Positions 55,277 through 64,000 of a stretch of DNA of 64,000 nt are shown here, piece by piece. Numbering within the stretch: position 1 is the first letter of the stretch; every line of letters begins with the position of its first letter. This DNA comes from Candidatus Marinacidobacterium sp. (GTDB lineage Bacteria; Acidobacteriota; Vicinamibacteria; Marinacidobacterales; Marinacidobacteraceae). The position numbers and the translations under genes are program-made. The notes below the pieces were generated by a model, which was not told the DNA's origin, ran no database searches, and saw nothing but the letters and a program-made list of their open reading frames with translations. Location: NCBI GenBank assembly GCA_965250045.1, contig OZ252286.1, positions 2,870,317-2,934,316 of the forward strand, read 5' to 3'.

Positions 55277-55308
55277 ACCGGGAGAGGGGATCTGCAGATG
55301 GGAGACTG

Positions 55309-57075
55309 CTAATTCCCTGCGTCGCTCCGTTCCCGAACCGCCCGGAGCACCCGGGCCCGGACCCGGCGCGAAGTCGTCAGCCGGACGCTCTGCTGGGCGA
55401 TGTCTTCGGCTTTTTTGGTGTCCTGAAGGGCGATCAGGCGCTTCATTTCGGGAATCGCGTTCGGGCTCATCGAGAACGTCCGCACTCCGAAGCCAAGCAG
55501 CAGGGGAATCATCAGCGGCTCGGCGGCTACCTCGCCGCAGACCGCGAGCGGCAGGCCGCTGCGGCGGCAGACCCGGGTTACGAAACGGAGCGTGCGCAGG
55601 AGCGCCGGATGGAACGGATCGCTGAAGTGCGCCACCCGTTCGTTCGCCCGGTCCACGCCAAACAGATACTGCATCAGGTCGTTCGTTCCGATGCTGAGGA
55701 ATTCCGCCTCCTGCCCTAGCAGATCCGCGGTCGCTGCCGCCGAGGGCACTTCCAGCATGGCTCCCACCGGCACTTCGCGGAACGGAACATCCCGGTAGCG
55801 GAGCGCCCGGATCGCCGCCCGGACATGGGTCCTCGCGGCCCTGAATTCCTCAAGTCCCCCCACCATCGGGAACATCAACTGGACCTTTCCGTGGACGGCG
55901 GCACGCAGTATGGCCCGGATCTGCGTCTCGAAGATCCCCGACGCCAGCACGAGCAGCCGGGTGCCGCGGAGGCCGAGCGCCGGATTGAGTTCAGGCGCGC
56001 GACCGATGTCCGTAGCGCTCAGATCGAAGGCCCGGATCACCAAAGGATGCGGATCGAGAGCCTGGGCGAGATCCCGGTAGATGCGGAACTGTGCCTCCTC
56101 GGACGGGATCTCCTGGACCGCAATCCGTTCGGTGCGGAAGAGGCCGACCCCCTCGGCGCCATTGCGGCGGACGAGCCCGATTTCCCCCGGTTCGTCCATG
56201 TTCGCCATCAGGACAACGCGCTCGCCGTTCGCGGTTCGGGCCTGCGCCGCGGTGGCGGCGAGCAGACGACGGCGGCGCTCACGCTTCCTCTCCCGCTTCC
56301 TCCGGTACTCGACAACGGTTTCCGGCGCGGGATTCACCACCACGATGCCCTCGGAACCGTCGACGACGACTGGCAGGTCGGTGTGGATATGGTCGAGAAG
56401 ACCAGGGATCCCGGTGACGCACGGAACATCGTGGGTCCTCGCCAGGATGGCCGTGTGGTACGTCGGCCCGCCTGCCTCCATGACGACTCCCAGGATCTTG
56501 CTCCAGTCCAGCTCCGCGGTATCCGACGGGCGAAGGTCGTCGGCTGCGACCACGTGCCGACGTTCCCAGCGCTCCAGGGCAGGCCTCGTGGCCCCACCAA
56601 GGTTTTGGAGCAACCGCCCGCCTACATCCGCGATGTCTCCCTTCCGCTGACGCAGATACTCGTCGGCCAACCCGTCGAACACCGCCTCGAGCTCCCTCAG
56701 CACGGTGCGCACCGCCCATTCCGCATTCACGCGCTCTGACCGGATCACCTCCTCCACCCGCTCGACCAGCAGCGGGTCGGCGAGCATGAGGCGCTGCGCT
56801 TCAAAAAGATACGCCGGGTCCTGCCCCAGGGCGCGGCGGGTGGATTCGCGGATTTCGCGGAGCTGCTCCGCCGCGCGGTCGCGGGCCTTTTGGAAACGGC
56901 GGAGCTCGCGACCGATCTCCCTTTGGCTGATTTCCACCCGGAACACCGGAACGGCGCGTCGCTCGAACACGATCGTCGGCGCCACACAAATCCCGGGCGC
57001 TGCGGGTTCTCCGCGCAGTACGGTCTCTCCCGCAGATACCCGCAAGGAGTCGCTCCGGGACGCGGACACCATCAT
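55309..57075 (-). CDS. ptsI: Phosphoenolpyruvate-protein phosphotransferase (PTS enzyme I)
   Basis: PEP-utilising enzyme motifs (GGPTYHTAILARTHDVPCVTG; GTNDLMQYLFGVDRANE). Convergent with dnaE2. Confidence 0.85.
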   Translation of the reverse strand: MMVSASRSDSLRVSAGETVLRGEPAAPGICVAPTIVFERRAVPVFRVEISQREIGRELRRFQKARDRAAEQLREIRESTRRALGQDPAYLFEAQRLMLADPLLVERVEEVIRSERVNAEWAVRTVLRELEAVFDGLADEYLRQRKGDIADVGGRLLQNLGGATRPALERWERRHVVAADDLRPSDTAELDWSKILGVVMEAGGPTYHTAILARTHDVPCVTGIPGLLDHIHTDLPVVVDGSEGIVVVNPAPETVVEYRRKRERKRERRRRLLAATAAQARTANGERVVLMANMDEPGEIGLVRRNGAEGVGLFRTERIAVQEIPSEEAQFRIYRDLAQALDPHPLVIRAFDLSATDIGRAPELNPALGLRGTRLLVLASGIFETQIRAILRAAVHGKVQLMFPMVGGLEEFRAARTHVRAAIRALRYRDVPFREVPVGAMLEVPSAAATADLLGQEAEFLSIGTNDLMQYLFGVDRANERVAHFSDPFHPALLRTLRFVTRVCRRSGLPLAVCGEVAAEPLMIPLLLGFGVRTFSMSPNAIPEMKRLIALQDTKKAEDIAQQSVRLTTSRRVRARVLRAVRERSDAGN

Positions 57076-57380
57076 GGCGCAACACCAGGCCGATGTCCGT
57101 CGGATCCGGGGTGCGGAGGATCCCCGATTCCGTCCCTGACCAGTCGCACCAAGGCTTCGAGCGCCGCCCTTGCTTCACGCCCGGAAGTGTGAATCCGCAG
57201 CCGGCTCCCCTTCGCGGCAGCGAGAAACAGGAGACCCAGGATGCTCTTCCCATCAATGGTGGTCTCGCCCCGGGTTACCGTCACCACGGCGTCGTAGCGC
57301 GTCGCCGTCTTCACAAAGCGGGCTGCCGCGCGCGCGTGTATGCCTAGCGGGTTCGTGACCAGGACCACCCGCTCCGGCAC
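57072..57380 (-). CDS. ptsH: HPr-family phosphocarrier protein
   Basis: 'LGIHARAAARFV' with the His15-type active site; 4-nt overlap with ptsI. Confidence 0.7.
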   Translation of the reverse strand: MPERVVLVTNPLGIHARAAARFVKTATRYDAVVTVTRGETTIDGKSILGLLFLAAAKGSRLRIHTSGREARAALEALVRLVRDGIGDPPHPGSDGHRPGVAP

Positions 57381-57407
57381 GGTCCCTCCTCGAAGATTCC
57401 CCTGGAA

Positions 57408-57899
57408 TCAGCCCTGGCTCGAGCCGGTCTGATCCTGCGGATCCGCTTCGGCCGCTTCCTCTGATTCCTCGCGCGCGGGCGCCGGGCCCGGCCCGCCGCC
57501 AAGCAATTCGGAAGCGAGATAGATGTTCTCCTTGCCCTGATAAAGAGCCGCCCGCGCTGCCTCCGCTGGACCCACCTGTTCTTCCTCACGGATCGAAATG
57601 AGGCGAATGAGCATGGGAAGGTTCACTCCCGTCACCACTTCCACCCGGTCTTCCTCAAGTAGGCTGAGTGCCAGGTTGGAGGGCGTCCCCCCGAACATGT
57701 CCGTCAGGATTACCGAACCTTCATCTCCGGAAACCCGGCCGACCGCGGTCACGATGGCCCGCTGCGCATCCTCCGGGGAATCGTGCCAACCGATCGAAAC
57801 GCTGGTGGCGTTCGGAATGTCCTCCCCCGTAATCATCTCCGCCGCGGCTACCAGCTCCCGCGCCAACTGACCGTGCGTAACCACGACAATCCCTATCAT
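57408..57899 (-). CDS. PTS EIIA component, mannose/fructose (EIIA-Man) family
   Basis: 'MIGIVVVTHGQLARELVAAAEMI' N-terminus with the active-site His of the EIIA-Man fold. Confidence 0.7.
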   Translation of the reverse strand: MIGIVVVTHGQLARELVAAAEMITGEDIPNATSVSIGWHDSPEDAQRAIVTAVGRVSGDEGSVILTDMFGGTPSNLALSLLEEDRVEVVTGVNLPMLIRLISIREEEQVGPAEAARAALYQGKENIYLASELLGGGPGPAPAREESEEAAEADPQDQTGSSQG

Positions 57900-57932
57900 C
57901 GGAAGCGAGTATCCGGGAGCCGCCGCGGCGGG

Positions 57933-59429
57933 TCAACTCCCGGGAGACGCGGGTGGCCGGTTCCGGTAGCGGGCCCGTCGCTCGTTGGAAGACGGAATGC
58001 GAAGCGATTTCCGGTACTTGGCCACCGTGCGGCGCGCGATGATGACCCCTTCCCGGTCGAGAAGCTGCACGATCTGATCATCGGTCAGCGGGTACTGCGG
58101 ATCCTCGCGCGCCACGATCTTCTGGACCCGCGCCCGGACAGCCTCCGAAGACACCTGACGCCCATCCCGCAGCGACAGCGCGCTGTGAAAAAACCGGCGG
58201 AACGGGATGACGCCGCGTGGGGTTTCCAGATACTTGTTACTGACGACCCGCGAGACGGTGGACTCCGCACGCCCGATGTCCTGTGCTACATCATTCAGGA
58301 CCAGCGGTCGGATGTGGGCGATCCCGCGAGTCAGAAACTCGGACTGCTTGTGCACGATGTCTTCAGCGACAAGACGAACGGTTTCCTGGCGCTGCTGAAC
58401 CGACCGCTGGAACCCCTTCGCGCGGACCCATGCATCCCGCGCGAACGCCTGTTCCGCGGGCGTGTGCCGGTTGGGACTCCTGATGACCTCCCGGTAGACC
58501 CGGCTGGCGCGAAGCTTGGGGATCCCATCGCTCATCTCGACGCGCCATTCCCCATTGAAGAGGTAGACCCGGGCATCCGGCACCACAATCTGGTCTGGAC
58601 TCAGTGAAAACCGGCTCCCCGGGCGGAAGTCCAGCTCTCCGATCCGCCGGACCCAGCGCATTACGACGGTCACCTCGGTGGACATCGCACGAGCCAGCTC
58701 TCTGAACCGCTCCCGGATGATTAGATCCAGGTGCTCCCGCACGATTTTCCCCAGTGGCCCCGCGGCCTGGTTCGCCGCTTCCAACTGGACGAGCAAACAC
58801 TCGGCAAGGTCCAGGCAGGCCACTCCGGTCGGGTCGAAACGCAGGATCCGCCTCCTTACCGACTCCACTTCTTCTTCCGTCACCCCGACCGACGCCGCAA
58901 TCTCCGCTACGGAGCCGTCCAGGTACCCGCGTTCGTCCAGGTTGCCGATGATCTGCAGGCCTATCGTTCGCTCGAGTTCCGTATCGACGGACAGACCGAG
59001 TTGCTCGATGAGATGCTGGGCCAGAGTACGCCCCGCGGCGAGCGTTCGCTCAAGAGCGGGGGGCTCCTCTCCGAGGGCCAGTCCGCCGGTGTTCTCCTGG
59101 TTCTCGAAAAAGAAATCCTCGGGCTCGATTTCCGTCATCGGGTCGGGCTCGCTGTCCGACCCGGCGTCGTCGCTTTCGCTCCCCTCCGACTTCTCCGGCG
59201 CGGCCTCGATGGATTCGGAGTCTTCTTCCTCTTCTTCCTCTTCTTCCGTCAACTCTTCGAGCGCCGGATTCTGGAGCAGTTCCTGCTGGACCCGGACCCG
59301 CAATTCGGTGAGGGGCAGCACCAGCATCTCGATCGTCTGCCGCACCTGCGGCGTCAGCGTCAGCCGCTGCTGCTGGCGAACGCCGACCCGAAGCTCCGTT
59401 CGGGTTCCGGACCTCGTGCTCACTGCCAC
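57933..59429 (-). CDS. rpoN: RNA polymerase sigma-54 factor
   Basis: Gln/Leu-rich region I, acidic region II, C-terminal RpoN box ARRTVAKYR. Confidence 0.85.
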   Translation of the reverse strand: MAVSTRSGTRTELRVGVRQQQRLTLTPQVRQTIEMLVLPLTELRVRVQQELLQNPALEELTEEEEEEEEDSESIEAAPEKSEGSESDDAGSDSEPDPMTEIEPEDFFFENQENTGGLALGEEPPALERTLAAGRTLAQHLIEQLGLSVDTELERTIGLQIIGNLDERGYLDGSVAEIAASVGVTEEEVESVRRRILRFDPTGVACLDLAECLLVQLEAANQAAGPLGKIVREHLDLIIRERFRELARAMSTEVTVVMRWVRRIGELDFRPGSRFSLSPDQIVVPDARVYLFNGEWRVEMSDGIPKLRASRVYREVIRSPNRHTPAEQAFARDAWVRAKGFQRSVQQRQETVRLVAEDIVHKQSEFLTRGIAHIRPLVLNDVAQDIGRAESTVSRVVSNKYLETPRGVIPFRRFFHSALSLRDGRQVSSEAVRARVQKIVAREDPQYPLTDDQIVQLLDREGVIIARRTVAKYRKSLRIPSSNERRARYRNRPPASPGS

Positions 59430-60277
59430 TCGAAGTCCTGCCCGAGATACGCACGCCGCACTTCCGAACTGCGGACCAACTCAGCGGGGGTACCTTCAAA
59501 GAGGATTCGACCCTCCTCGATGATGTAGGCGCGATCGGTCACCCGGAGAGTCTCGCGGACGCTGTGGTCCGTCACGAGGACCCCGAGGCCACGGTCGCGA
59601 AGCCGTCCGACGATCCTCTGCAGTTCGGATACCGCGATCGGGTCGATGGCGGCGAAAGGCTCGTCGAGCAGCAGGAATCGCGGATCCGGAGCGAGCGCGC
59701 GGGCGATCTCCGCACGCCGCCGCTCTCCGCCGGAAAGAGAGTGCCCCAGGTTGCGCCGGCGTTCCACGAGCCCAAACTCGGCCAGGAGCGCCTCCGCTCG
59801 CTCGCGCCGCTCCCGGCGGCCCAATCGGGGGACCTGCTCGAGAATGGCCAGTACGTTTTCCTCGACGGTGAGACCCCGGAAGATGGACGGTTCCTGCGCG
59901 AGGTACCCGATCCCGTGACGCGCGCGCTTGTGCATGGCAAGGCCGGTGAGATCCCGATCATCAAGGGATACGGCCCCCTGATCCGGCTGGATCAATCCGA
60001 CGATCATGCGAAACGTCGTCGTCTTGCCCGCGCCGTTGGGCCCAAGCAGACCCACAACCTCGCCGCTCCCGACCTGGACTGTTACCTGATCCACCACCCG
60101 GCGCTGTCCATAGCTTTTGACCAGGTCGTGACAGGCGAGCAGGTGACTCCCGGCAGTATCTTGATCCTTGTTGGCCGGTTGCCCGTTCGCGGTCGGGAGG
60201 CGCCCTTGCCGTTGGTCCTCCACCTCCGCGGCGACGTTTCCGGACGCGGCATCGGCACCGGAGGAGGAGACGTTCAC
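59420..60277 (-). CDS. lptB: LPS export ABC transporter ATP-binding protein LptB
   Basis: Walker A GPNGAGKTTTF, signature LSGGERRR, Walker B LLLDEPF; conserved lptB-rpoN synteny. Start set to the GTG at 60275-60277 just after the upstream gene stop; the longer Arg-rich ORF extension is rejected. Confidence 0.75.
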   Translation of the reverse strand: MNVSSSGADAASGNVAAEVEDQRQGRLPTANGQPANKDQDTAGSHLLACHDLVKSYGQRRVVDQVTVQVGSGEVVGLLGPNGAGKTTTFRMIVGLIQPDQGAVSLDDRDLTGLAMHKRARHGIGYLAQEPSIFRGLTVEENVLAILEQVPRLGRRERRERAEALLAEFGLVERRRNLGHSLSGGERRRAEIARALAPDPRFLLLDEPFAAIDPIAVSELQRIVGRLRDRGLGVLVTDHSVRETLRVTDRAYIIEEGRILFEGTPAELVRSSEVRRAYLGQDFEWQ

Positions 60278-60284
60278 GACGTGC

Positions 60285-62420
60285 TCACCGGCGGGCCTCG
60301 GCCCCCCTGTTCGCGATACGGCTCCGGGTGACGGCCCGTCTGATCCTGGTTGGGTGGATTTCGGTCCGATTGTCCGCGAGCGCCAGTTCCACAAGGCCTC
60401 CCTCCGAACTCCTTCCGTCCACTTCCACAACCGCCGGAGAGCCCCACGCGACGAGGAGATCGGCGCCGGGTTCATAGCGGATCCGCGATCCGCGCACCAG
60501 ATTCCTCCCCCGCTCGAACCGGGCGCCCTGAATGCCCCGCACCGCTCCCAGGGACCCGTCCGTCGTGAGGTCCGCTTCGATGCGACCCGCGAGGAGTCTG
60601 CTGACCTCGCCAGCTGGCCCCCGGTGTTCGAGACTGGGGGCACCGCCGTAGGAAAGCTGTCCCTCCTTGGCCGCATAGCGGAAGCGCTCCGCCTGCGCCG
60701 TGAAGACAAATGGCGACGCCGGCGAGGCCTCACCGGCCGGAGGCACCCCGCCTTCCGCCACGGGCGTCCCGCCCCCCGCCCCGCCCGGCGCGCCGCTCAG
60801 TCCCGACGCCGTCTCATCCGGTTCCGTCGGATTGGGGACCGGCATGTCGAGTTCCAGCGAGGTAGCGACGCCACCCATAGCTTCGAGGGCTCTGCCATCA
60901 GCATCCACTTTCACTTCGTCCGCGAGAAGCCGGTTCTTGCCGAAAAGCAGCCGTACCCCACCCGTGAACACCCCCTGACCGCGCCCGGTCTCGATGACGG
61001 CGGAGTTCCCGGTCAGAACCACCCCTTCGAACCGGCCCGGCAGCCAGTCCAGCCGGGCCGGCAGGAAACGGGCCGTTACCGCCCCGCCAGCCTCGACGCG
61101 GCTCGGTTCCGCGATCACCAGCCGTAGATCGCGACCCTCCAGTTCGAGGAGCGACGAATCCACGACCCGCGGATTGCCCTCGAGCACCAAGGTGTCGGAG
61201 CCGTTCCAGTGGGCACCCTCCGCGGTCGCCGACGCCCGGCCGTAACGGGCCCTGACTCCCTCTCCGAACACGGCCATCGCGATGTTTCCCTGCGGATCGA
61301 AGGTGACCTCCAGTTGCGACGAGTCCACGGAAATCAACTGGCGCCGCCCATCCCCCGCGGGGAGACGGGAAGTCACCGCGCCGGTCATGCTGAGCCGCTC
61401 CGGTGTTCCCTCGGGATCCAGCGCGAAGCTTCCCTCGTCTCCCCGAAGTTCGGCTCCCGAGCTCCCGAAAAACGACGGGTTTTCCGTCACCCGCACCAAG
61501 CGCGGGATCCGTCCGTGCTCCAGCCTGATTTCGAGTGCGTCGCCGCGAAGCCTCGCAGCCTCTCGGTTCGTCTCCTCCAAGGGAGCCGCGCCCTCCTCGC
61601 CGGTAGCGCCGACCAGAGTCAGTTCCGTTCCAAACCCCGCCTCAATCGAGCGCATCTGGTTCCGCTCCCGATCCCGGCGGGCAATCACGGACTCTTTGGA
61701 GAAGAGCTCGATCTGGTCCGAGGAAATTTCCACTTTCCCGAAGAGCGTGGTGTCGGCTGTTTCCCGATCGAAGCGCACCCGCTCGGCGACCACTGAAAAG
61801 CCGTCTTCCTCCACCGGCCCCGCGACGACGCCGTGCAGGGAGACGTCTCCAGCTTCGATGTCGAACTGCATCGAAGCAGCGATTCCGACGAAATCCTCAC
61901 TACGAAACTGCACCGGGTCGCGCGACCAGAGACGATCCGGCGCGCGCCGGAAGTGCAGGTGGGGCCCCGAGAGTTCGAGGCCTTCGACGCTGAGGAGAGC
62001 GTTGCCGATGAACTCGACCGCCGGAGTCTGCGGATCGAGGAGGAGTTCGTCGGCGGTTACCACGGCATCTTCGCCGGCATACACCCCAATCAGACGCAAC
62101 TCGACTTCCAAAAAGCGCTGCTGGCCGTCACTGCGCCCGAGCGCTTGCTCCGCGCGGCCCTGCAGCAGCGGGCGGCCCTGCTCGTCGAACCACGTGAACT
62201 CCGGCTCTTCGGAGACCACTTCGTCCCGTTCTTCGGGGACCTCATCGGCCGATTCGAACCACTCCGTGGCCCGCCTCTCAAAACCCTCCTGGAGACGAAG
62301 GACCAAGAACACCGTGAAACCCGCGAACAAGAGCACGGTAACTGCCGTGCCGATCCATCTCGAAGAGCGCGCGGCGCGCCGCCGGGGGGCGCCGGGCCCG
62401 GCGCGAGGCAGTGTGGGCAC
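60285..62420 (-). CDS. LptC/LptA-like (OstA-N family) periplasmic LPS transport protein, elongated
   Basis: N-terminal TM anchor (WIGTAVTVLLFAGFTVFLVL) followed by repeated OstA-like beta-jellyroll segments. Position upstream of lptB. Confidence 0.5.
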   Translation of the reverse strand: MPTLPRAGPGAPRRRAARSSRWIGTAVTVLLFAGFTVFLVLRLQEGFERRATEWFESADEVPEERDEVVSEEPEFTWFDEQGRPLLQGRAEQALGRSDGQQRFLEVELRLIGVYAGEDAVVTADELLLDPQTPAVEFIGNALLSVEGLELSGPHLHFRRAPDRLWSRDPVQFRSEDFVGIAASMQFDIEAGDVSLHGVVAGPVEEDGFSVVAERVRFDRETADTTLFGKVEISSDQIELFSKESVIARRDRERNQMRSIEAGFGTELTLVGATGEEGAAPLEETNREAARLRGDALEIRLEHGRIPRLVRVTENPSFFGSSGAELRGDEGSFALDPEGTPERLSMTGAVTSRLPAGDGRRQLISVDSSQLEVTFDPQGNIAMAVFGEGVRARYGRASATAEGAHWNGSDTLVLEGNPRVVDSSLLELEGRDLRLVIAEPSRVEAGGAVTARFLPARLDWLPGRFEGVVLTGNSAVIETGRGQGVFTGGVRLLFGKNRLLADEVKVDADGRALEAMGGVATSLELDMPVPNPTEPDETASGLSGAPGGAGGGTPVAEGGVPPAGEASPASPFVFTAQAERFRYAAKEGQLSYGGAPSLEHRGPAGEVSRLLAGRIEADLTTDGSLGAVRGIQGARFERGRNLVRGSRIRYEPGADLLVAWGSPAVVEVDGRSSEGGLVELALADNRTEIHPTRIRRAVTRSRIANRGAEARR

Positions 62421-62425
62421 TGGGG

Positions 62426-63481
62426 TCAGCTCGTGCCGGCCGGTCCGTAGCCGACGGCCTCTCTTGCCGCGGCCCCCTTGCCCGCCGGGGAAGACACCGC
62501 TTGGGGCCGCGGGGAGGGCGCTTCCTCCAGTCCCACGTTTCCCATTTCTCGAAACTTCCGGTAGCGCGCTTCCCGCCGGTCCGCCGGAGCGACTTCCTCG
62601 AGGGAACGAATGGCAAGGCGCAAGCTCTCACCCAGGATCGCCGCCGCCCCGTCGTGGTCGGAGTGCGCTCCCCCCGGTGGTTCCGGCACGATTTCGTCAA
62701 TCAGTCCGTTCCGAAGGTGCTCGGGGGCCGTGATGCGCATCCGCGCCGCCGCCTCCTCCGTCGCCGCGTACGCCCTTTCCGGGTCTTTCCACAGAATGGC
62801 CGCACATCCTTCGGGAGAAATCACCGAATAGATGGCGTTCTCCATCATCAGAATCCGGTCACCGACCGCGATGCCGAGCGCCCCTCCGCTGCCTCCCTCG
62901 CCGATGATCGCCACCACGACCGGCACCTCGAGACGAGCCATTTCGCGCAGATTCCGCGCGATGGCCTCGGCCTGGCCGCGCTCTTCCGCTTCGATGCCGG
63001 GAAACGCTCCCGGGGTATCCACCAGCGCAATGATCGGTCTGCCGAACTTTTCGGCCATTTTCATGAGCCGCAGCGCCTTCCGGTATCCCTCGGGGCGCGG
63101 CATTCCGTAGTTGCGATGGATCCGCTCCGCCGTGTCGCGACCCTTCTGCTGCCCAATCACCATCACCGGCTTTCCCGAAAGCCAGGCGGGACCTCCTACT
63201 ACGGCCGGATCGTCCGCGTAACTCCGGTCTCCGTGAATCTCCGTGAACCCGGTGAAGATGCGCTGCACATGGTCGAGCGTGTAGGGCCGTTCCGGATGGC
63301 GGGCCACCCGAACCCGCTGCCAGGGCGTCAGTCCGGCGTAGATCCGCCGGCGGCGCCGCAGCAGTTCGCGCTGCAGCCCGGCGATCTCCGCCCGGTGGCT
63401 GTCGGGATATCCGGTGAGTGCTTCGATGCGCTGAACAATTGCCTGAATGTCAGCTTCGAAGTCGAGAAACTCGCGCTGCAC
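62426..63481 (-). CDS. accA: Acetyl-CoA carboxylase carboxyltransferase alpha subunit
   Basis: '[22 protein letters not shown]' N-terminus, '...[40 protein letters not shown]' motif; Ala/Pro-rich C-terminal tail. Confidence 0.85.
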   Translation of the reverse strand: MQREFLDFEADIQAIVQRIEALTGYPDSHRAEIAGLQRELLRRRRRIYAGLTPWQRVRVARHPERPYTLDHVQRIFTGFTEIHGDRSYADDPAVVGGPAWLSGKPVMVIGQQKGRDTAERIHRNYGMPRPEGYRKALRLMKMAEKFGRPIIALVDTPGAFPGIEAEERGQAEAIARNLREMARLEVPVVVAIIGEGGSGGALGIAVGDRILMMENAIYSVISPEGCAAILWKDPERAYAATEEAAARMRITAPEHLRNGLIDEIVPEPPGGAHSDHDGAAAILGESLRLAIRSLEEVAPADRREARYRKFREMGNVGLEEAPSPRPQAVSSPAGKGAAAREAVGYGPAGTS

Positions 63482-63567
63482 GATGTGAAGTGTAGCGAGC
63501 GCCGCTCAGGCAAATCCCGTACCACCGTGGTGACGGTTTTGAACGTAAGGGCCCGAAGTCCGGCCCG

Positions 63568-64000
63568 TTAGCGCGCGAAAGAAGGTGGCAACTTTCCATC
63601 GAGGCGGACGCTGTCCGGCCCCAGGAGCTCTGCGGCGGCTCGCGCCAGACTGCGGCAGGCGTGCACCGGAGTCGCCGTCTCCAGGATGAATTCGACCCCC
63701 GGGACGCGCAGCCTGAGCACCAGAGGTTTCTCGCCAGGGTGATGAGCGAGCAGATCCCGCAACGGGGTCTCGATGTTCTCCGGCTCGGTCACGAACAATT
63801 CCAACCGCCGGGCGAGTCGGAACGGAACCTCGTCGGCAAGCAGGATTTGCGAAGCGGCGAGTTCACCCCGCTGGGCGCTACGGCCGCTCCCTCCAGATCC
63901 GCCGGTCCCGCTCTTGAGCCGCCCTCGGACGACGACCACCGGCTCGCTCTCCAGAGGGGGACACGTCTCCCACAGGTCCGGGAACACCACCACCCCGATC
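63568..64000 (-). CDS. dnaE: DNA polymerase III alpha subunit, C-terminal fragment (gene continues beyond window)
   Basis: ORF runs off the window end. C-terminal DnaE pattern (…VVVVRGRL…LADEVPF…); dnaE-accA adjacency is common. Confidence 0.6.
   Translation of the reverse strand, partial: IGVVVFPDLWETCPPLESEPVVVVRGRLKSGTGGSGGSGRSAQRGELAASQILLADEVPFRLARRLELFVTEPENIETPLRDLLAHHPGEKPLVLRLRVPGVEFILETATPVHACRSLARAAAELLGPDSVRLDGKLPPSFAR

Overview
High-GC (roughly 68-70%) chromosomal segment from a diderm bacterium, carrying Tol-Pal and Lpt genes and TonB-like and PQQ-propeller secreted proteins. The conserved backbone comprises parAB, miaB, recN, tolQ-tolR-tolA-tolB-pal-cpoB, ssb, the SOS mutagenesis cassette lexA-imuA-imuB-dnaE2, a ptsI-ptsH-EIIA-rpoN-lptB-lptC/A cluster, accA and the 3' end of dnaE. 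The accessory content is more interesting.

(1) Three thioredoxin-fold or OsmC redox genes are each split by a single in-frame TGA exactly at the conserved redox-active Cys position (UPWC, UPFC and the OsmC peroxidatic Cys), giving three predicted selenoproteins. Two of them sit in one operon with an nDsbD-like periplasmic relay protein and a flavin reductase.

(2) A 14.1-kb insertion (17993..32110) is bounded by two near-identical direct copies of an IS256-family IS, carries a 9-bp target duplication (TATCGGACG) and sits inside a ~125-bp tandem-repeat array. Its cargo is a 2121-aa FN3/cadherin-like/Calx-beta adhesin with a C-terminal beta-barrel, plus an older nested IS-in-IS.

(3) A MITE family of 125-250 bp with ~16-25-bp terminal inverted repeats and CTAA flanks occurs 4-5 times, always at gene 5' ends.

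(4) Several intergenic tandem repeats and a candidate LexA operator are present.

No rRNA genes or CRISPR arrays are evident, and no tRNA could be supported by eye.
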